A stretch of DNA of 64,000 nt from Chloroflexota bacterium (GTDB lineage Bacteria; Chloroflexota; Dormibacteria; Dormibacterales; Dormibacteraceae). Positions 12,001-18,000 of this stretch are shown here, piece by piece (positions within the stretch are counted from its first letter, which is position 1; every line of letters starts with the position of its first letter). The position numbers and the translations under genes are program-made. The stretch covers positions 2,540 to 66,539 of the forward strand of contig VBHJ01000015.1 of the NCBI GenBank assembly GCA_005887685.1. The letters are read 5' to 3'. The notes beneath the pieces were generated by a model. The model ran no database searches. It was not told the DNA's origin and saw nothing but the letters and a program-made list of their open reading frames with translations.

Positions 12001-15000
12001 GGCAACCGTGGGCACCATCGCGTGGTCGCAGGTCGCGATCGCGCTGACCGGCCTGGCCTCCAACGCAGAGGACTGGAAGCTGAGGCTGGACAGTGTCGAT
12101 TACGACGTCAACGTGGGCCCCGGCGGGGATGTCGCCTCGCACATCGCGCAGCTGCTCGCGGCCGCGCTTCCCTCGGTTTACCTGGTCGAGCTCAGGACCG
12201 GATTGCTCGGTGACGCCCGCATCCTGATCAAGGGCCGGACCGACGGTCTCCCGATCCACGTCAGCTTCACGATTACCGGCCCGAACACACCCGAGGGCAA
12301 GGCGATCATCACCGGCACTCCCGTCGCGCTGCCTAAGATCGCGGACGCCACCAAGTGGACGATGGGCGCCTACAGGTTCATCCAGGCACCGGTGGCGACT
12401 GACACGTGGACGCTGCAGGTGGCCGCCACCACCTCCATCTACCACGTCGTCGCCAAGGACGACATCTCGGTGCTCACGAGGAAGCTGGCCCAGGGCCTCA
12501 GCTCCGCCTTCGGCGCGCTGGTCTCGGGCAGCCAGATCACGCTCAAGGCTGTCTGGCCGCTGAACTCCAACGGCCAGCCCATCACGCCTGCCGTGGGCGA
12601 TCAGTACGCGCTGCAGCCGGTGAACCTGAACACGCGGGTCGATGAGTCGACCACTGTCGACACCCTCAACGTCTTCAACAACGGCAGCCCGGCGGCAGAA
12701 ACCGGCGTGCTGACCGAGAGCACCCTCACCGGCCTGGGCATGGGCGGCGACACGGTGATCGACGGCCAGACGGTTGCGGGCGGAATCACCTACCGCAACC
12801 TGGAGTCGCTCAACATCCACCTCGGCAGCGGCAACCAGATGTTCACGGTGAAGGGCACCCACGACGGCAGCACCGAAATCTCCGCCGGAAACGGCAGCAA
12901 CACCTTCAACGTCCTGACCCTCAACGGGCACACGACCATCGACACCGGCAGCAACACTCAAACAGTCGTGAATGTCGGCAACGCCGGTCTGATCGATCGC
13001 GTCGGCGGCCTGCTCACCATCGACACCGGCTCGGCCGGCGCCGGCACCGGCACGGTCAACGTGGACAACTCGGCTGAGACACGCGACACGCTCGCGACCC
13101 TCACCGGCTCCTCGCTGACCGGGCTCAACATGCCGACGATCGCGGAGGAGCAGACCATCCACCTGCGCGGCGGTGGCGGCTCCTACCAGCTCGACTCGGC
13201 AGACCTGGAAGCGCTGAACTCGCACCCGGTGACGCTCAACTACCTCGACAGCGCCGCCCAGCTGGAGGCCGAGCTCGAAGCTGCGTACCACCTGGCCGCG
13301 GGCGGCATCGAGGTCACCGAGCTGCGCACCAGCTCTGACGTCACGTACACGGTCAGCTTCGTCGGGGCCAACGCCGGCAGGCACTTCGACCAGCTGCAGT
13401 GGACCAGGAGCTGGACGTTCACGGCGCCGGCCGGCGACCCGATCACCGGCGCTTACAACGTCACGGTGCCCGGCCGCGGCACGGTGACGCTGCACGTCAC
13501 AGATGACGCGAGTGTGGTCCAGGCAGCGCTGAGTCAGCTCTATGGACTCGGCGGCATCAGCGCGCTGGACGTGAGCACCGGCGTCTACACCGTGGTCTTC
13601 AGCGGTCCGAGCCTCGTGCTCGACCTCGGCCAGCTGGCCGGAGCGGCGACACAGGTGGTCGCCCAGCTCCAGCCCAGCTCGGACGGATCGGCACGCGCCG
13701 AGACCGGGTTCGTGCGCGACGGCACGACGGCGCCCACCCGGAACACCGTGCAGACGATCACCGTCAATGCCAGTGGTGGCTCGTACGTCCTGCACTTCGT
13801 GCTGCCCAACACAAGCGGCGTGCTGCAGGACGTGGCGACCGGACCGATCGCCTACAACGCTTCTGCCGACGACCTGCTGTCCGCATTGAGCGCGGTCCTC
13901 AACCCGAACAACACGAACCCGTCGCTGCCCTGGACGTTCAACGTCGCGGTAGCTCAGCACGGCGGGACGTACTACGTCACCTTCCTCGGTCAGGACACGG
14001 CACAGCTGATCGCGTACATCGACACCAGCAAGCTGACCGGCAAAGCGACGGTGGCGACGCGCTTGAACGGCATCGACTACCGCGGCGTGGGGACCCTGAA
14101 CATCAAGCTCGGCTCGGGCACGGACGTCTTCAACGTCCAGGGCACCTCCGCGGTGACCAACCTCAGCACGGGCGCAGGCGATGACCGGGTCTACGTGTCG
14201 TCGACCGCGGGCGTCGGCACCACCCAGCACCCTGACTACCTGCCGGGCGCCCTCGCGAACATCGCCGGCACGCTGAACATCGACGCCGGCGGCGGGCGCC
14301 ACACGCTGATGGTGAGCGACGAAGGCTCGAGCACCGGTGACGCCAACGCCCTCATCACCAGGGACCCCCTGGCGGCGGCGGCCCGCGACCAGAACGTGGC
14401 CGCGAACGCTCAGATCTTCATGCTGGGATTTGCGAGGGCCGGCATCACATATCGGACCACCGGCAACTTCGCGGGCGGGCTGACCTTCTGGACCGGCTCG
14501 GGCAACGACAACATCACCGTCAATGCGACGCATTCAGCGGCCGGCGTGAACGAGATCACAATGCTGAACACCGGTCTCGGAAGCGACAACGTCACGGTCA
14601 ACCTGCTCAGTGGCCTGGACGGCCCGTTCGTGCTCAACACGCAGGGGGCGTACTACAACCTGCTTCAGCTGTCGACGCCGCTCTTCACCGGTGACTACAA
14701 CGCTGCCCCTGACGTGGTCGGCGTCACGGTGAACGGATTCGCGCAGGTCGGTGAGCAGTTCCTGGTCAACCCGTTGCTCAGCGCCGCGGCGCTGACCTAC
14801 AACCCAACCGCGGGTTTGGTGGCCGTCGTCTCGATCCTCAGGTCGATCGTCGAGGCCTCCGTCTTCGACGGGTCGGGCAATGTGAAGCTCGCCACGACCC
14901 TGCAGTCAGGCGACGTCGTGAGCGCGACGGTGAACGGCGTGCCGGTCGGCGCCGTTGACCTGACGCAGCCCGACACGCACACGATCAACATCAGGCCGAC

Positions 15001-18000
15001 GGCGCAGCGACCCGCCGGCGCACTGGTGCTGGTCACGATCGTCCACAAGATCACGCAGTCGTTCACTCTGCCGCAGCTTGGAACGAGCGGCGGTCTGAAT
15101 GACAGCGACGTCGTCAACGCTCAGGGCTCGACGCTCCCGCTTGTGATCTTCGGCGGCGAGGGCAACAACTCCATCACCGGTGGCAGCGGCGGCGACATCA
15201 TCCTCGGCCACCGCGGGCTGGTGCTATACGGCGCCTCCACCGAGGCGCAGGCCGGTGTCGTGCTCGGGCATGGCGGTCCGGGCGACCGGAATGACGCCAT
15301 CGTCCACCCGCTGGGCCTTGTCATCAGCGTCGACCCGACGATCGGCGGCAGCAACACGATCACCGACGGCAACGGTGGGAACGTGATCCTCGCCGGCTCC
15401 GGCAACGACCTGGTCCGGACCGGCTCCGGCGATGACATCGTGTTGGGTGACAACGCCAGGCTCATGTACCAGAACGGCGTGCTGAGCCAGATCACGACCA
15501 TCTTCGACAACATCGGCGGCAACGACACCATCTACGGCGGCGGCGGAGCCGACCTGCTCGTGGGCGGGCCCGGCAACAACGCCATCGACGGCGGCTCCGG
15601 CAGCGATGTCATCGTGGCGGACAACACCGCGCTTGACCGGTTGCCTGGCGTGGCTGTCAATCCGCGGTTCCGCAAGCTGGTGGGCGGCCTGATCTACGAC
15701 CTCACCACCGGGGCCGACCAGGTCACCGCGGCTGCGCAGCCCGACCCGGCGTGGGGCACGACGCCGCCCTGGTGGGCGTTCTTCCAGGTCACCCTCCTCG
15801 ACTCGCTCACCACCGCCACGTCCGGGTACTACGGCAGCAACTACATCGCGGGCGGCGCGGGCGACAAGATGATCTTCGGCGGCTACGGGAACGACGTGAT
15901 CCAGGGCCACTCGTCGATCGACTACCGGCCGCCAACGCCGATCTCACTCACGTGCGCCAACCAGGGCTCGGTGGGCGCTCAGGGCTGGAGCTGGGCCGGC
16001 CTCATCGGAGCGTGCCGCCCGGCGAGCACCAACCCGACCGTGCCGACCACGCTGCTGCTGGTCAACCCGTCGAAGGGCGACCTCGCCGGCGCCGGCACCG
16101 ACGGCTCCTCCTACATCGAAGGCGGCGGCGGCAACGACGTCATCTTCGGCGACTTCGGCCAGAACGACATCGTGGGCGGCAGCTCCGACCTGTTCGGGCT
16201 GACGACGCCGGCGCAGCGCGCCCACACGGGCTCGAGCCTGATATTCGGCGGCGACGGTACGCAGATCGCCCGCGGATACCCGGGTCCGGACTGCGTCGTC
16301 ACTCCGCAGTGCCACGCGGCCAACTCAGAGGTCATCGCGGCCGACAACGCCGACATCTTCCGGCTGGTCGGCGCCAGCGGCGTGTACCTGCGCTTCAACT
16401 ACGACAACTACACCGACGCCCTGCCGGCCGTGCAGCAGGCGCACATCATTCCTCGCGCCGTGCGGCTGCTCGACTACACGCCGGGCGGCCCGGACCTGGC
16501 CGGCCAGGCCGGTCCGATGGTCACGGGAGACATCGGCGGCGCGGCTGAGATCCACGCCGAGTCGGGCGACGCCTTCGTCTACGGCGGGCCTGGCGCCGAT
16601 GTGATCTTCGGTGGCAGCGGAAACGACACGATCATCGGTGGCTACGGCAACAACTGGATCTCCGGCGGCACGGGCCAGAACTGCATCATCGGCACCGACG
16701 GCCGCTGCTACGCCAGCCGCGTCAGCGCCACGGTCGGCGAGCCGCTGTACGCCGTCACGCCGGTGGCTGCGGTCAGCCAGCTGATCTCGCTCCAGGGCGG
16801 CATGCAGCAGGCCGACATCAACGTGAACGGCGCGCTGAAGTACACCGCCCTCGTCTACCCCGACGTCCTCGACCCCACCGGCGCGGCGAGCCCGACGTTC
16901 CGCGGCAAGTGGACCAACAACATCATCTACGGCGGTTTCGGCTCCGACGCCATTCACGCAGGTCCCGGCGAGAGCGCGGTGACCGGAGCCATCGCGCCTC
17001 GGCTCGCGTACACGAACAACTACGATTTCGCCGGCAACAAGCTGAACGCGAAGCCGATCGAGAGCGACTGGTATCACCCGTACAACCCGGGCAACGCCCT
17101 GGGCTACAACCCGGCGACGACCAAGTTCGCCCTGTATGACGCGGCTGACCCACGCCGCAAGATCCTCCTCACCTCAACCGGCTTGCTCGACAAGACCGGG
17201 ACTGGTGTGCTGTGGATCCTCGACTTCGACCCGACCGAGGGCCCTTTGAACAAGTACTGGAGCAACGGAACGGCCTTTGCGCCGAGCCCGACGCAGGGCA
17301 ATGACGCGATCTTCGGCGACATGGGCAACAAGTGGATCGTGGGCGGCCCTGGCCGGAACCGCGTGTACGGCGGCTGGGGCGACGACATGATCGACATCCG
17401 CGGCACGCTCGACCAGAACGGCGGCCTCAACGACGGGACGGTGGCCAACCCGTCCACGGAGAGCCTCGCCTACGGCGGCGCTGGAATCGATGTGTTGATC
17501 GCCAGCTCGGCCGGCGATCGCCTGATCGACTGGGGCGGCAACCTCGGTGGCACGTACCTGGTTCCGTTCTCGCCGTTCGGCGAGCCGACGGTCAGCCGCA
17601 CGCCATCTCCTGGCATGCAGAACTTCCTGCTCCAGCTCGGCCAGAGCGACGGTGCCGACATGACCATGGGTACGCGGCACGGCGGCACAACCGCTCGCAA
17701 CGGGGAGCCGTTCGGTGAGCTCGCCATGATCATTCCTGGGGATGCCGCCTGGGGTGCGCAGCATGGCGCGCCGCGTGACCCGATGGTGCACGGCACGGGC
17801 GGCCGCGACACGAACCGCACCAACGCGGTCAAGCCGATCGAATCGCCGGGCACGCTGGCGTTCATCGACCCGCCCGCAGTGGCCGGTGGGGCGCCGGTGG
17901 GTGGTTCGGTGCTCGCGAGCGTCGGCGCCGCCGCGGCGAGCGCGGCACCGACGGTGGTGACAGGTGCGCCAGGGTCGGTCGCGACGATCACGTACACGGA

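Noticed and set aside
11168-14533. A 1,121-aa ORF on the minus strand, plus other long antisense or out-of-frame ORFs inside the giant gene (for example 5660..7591, 17174..19246, 3593..4633, 9838..10578).
   Set aside because: They are Arg/Gly/Asp/His-rich low-complexity translations with no motifs. They lie entirely within the strongly supported giant plus-strand ORF. Long stop-free alternative frames are expected in GC-rich coding DNA.
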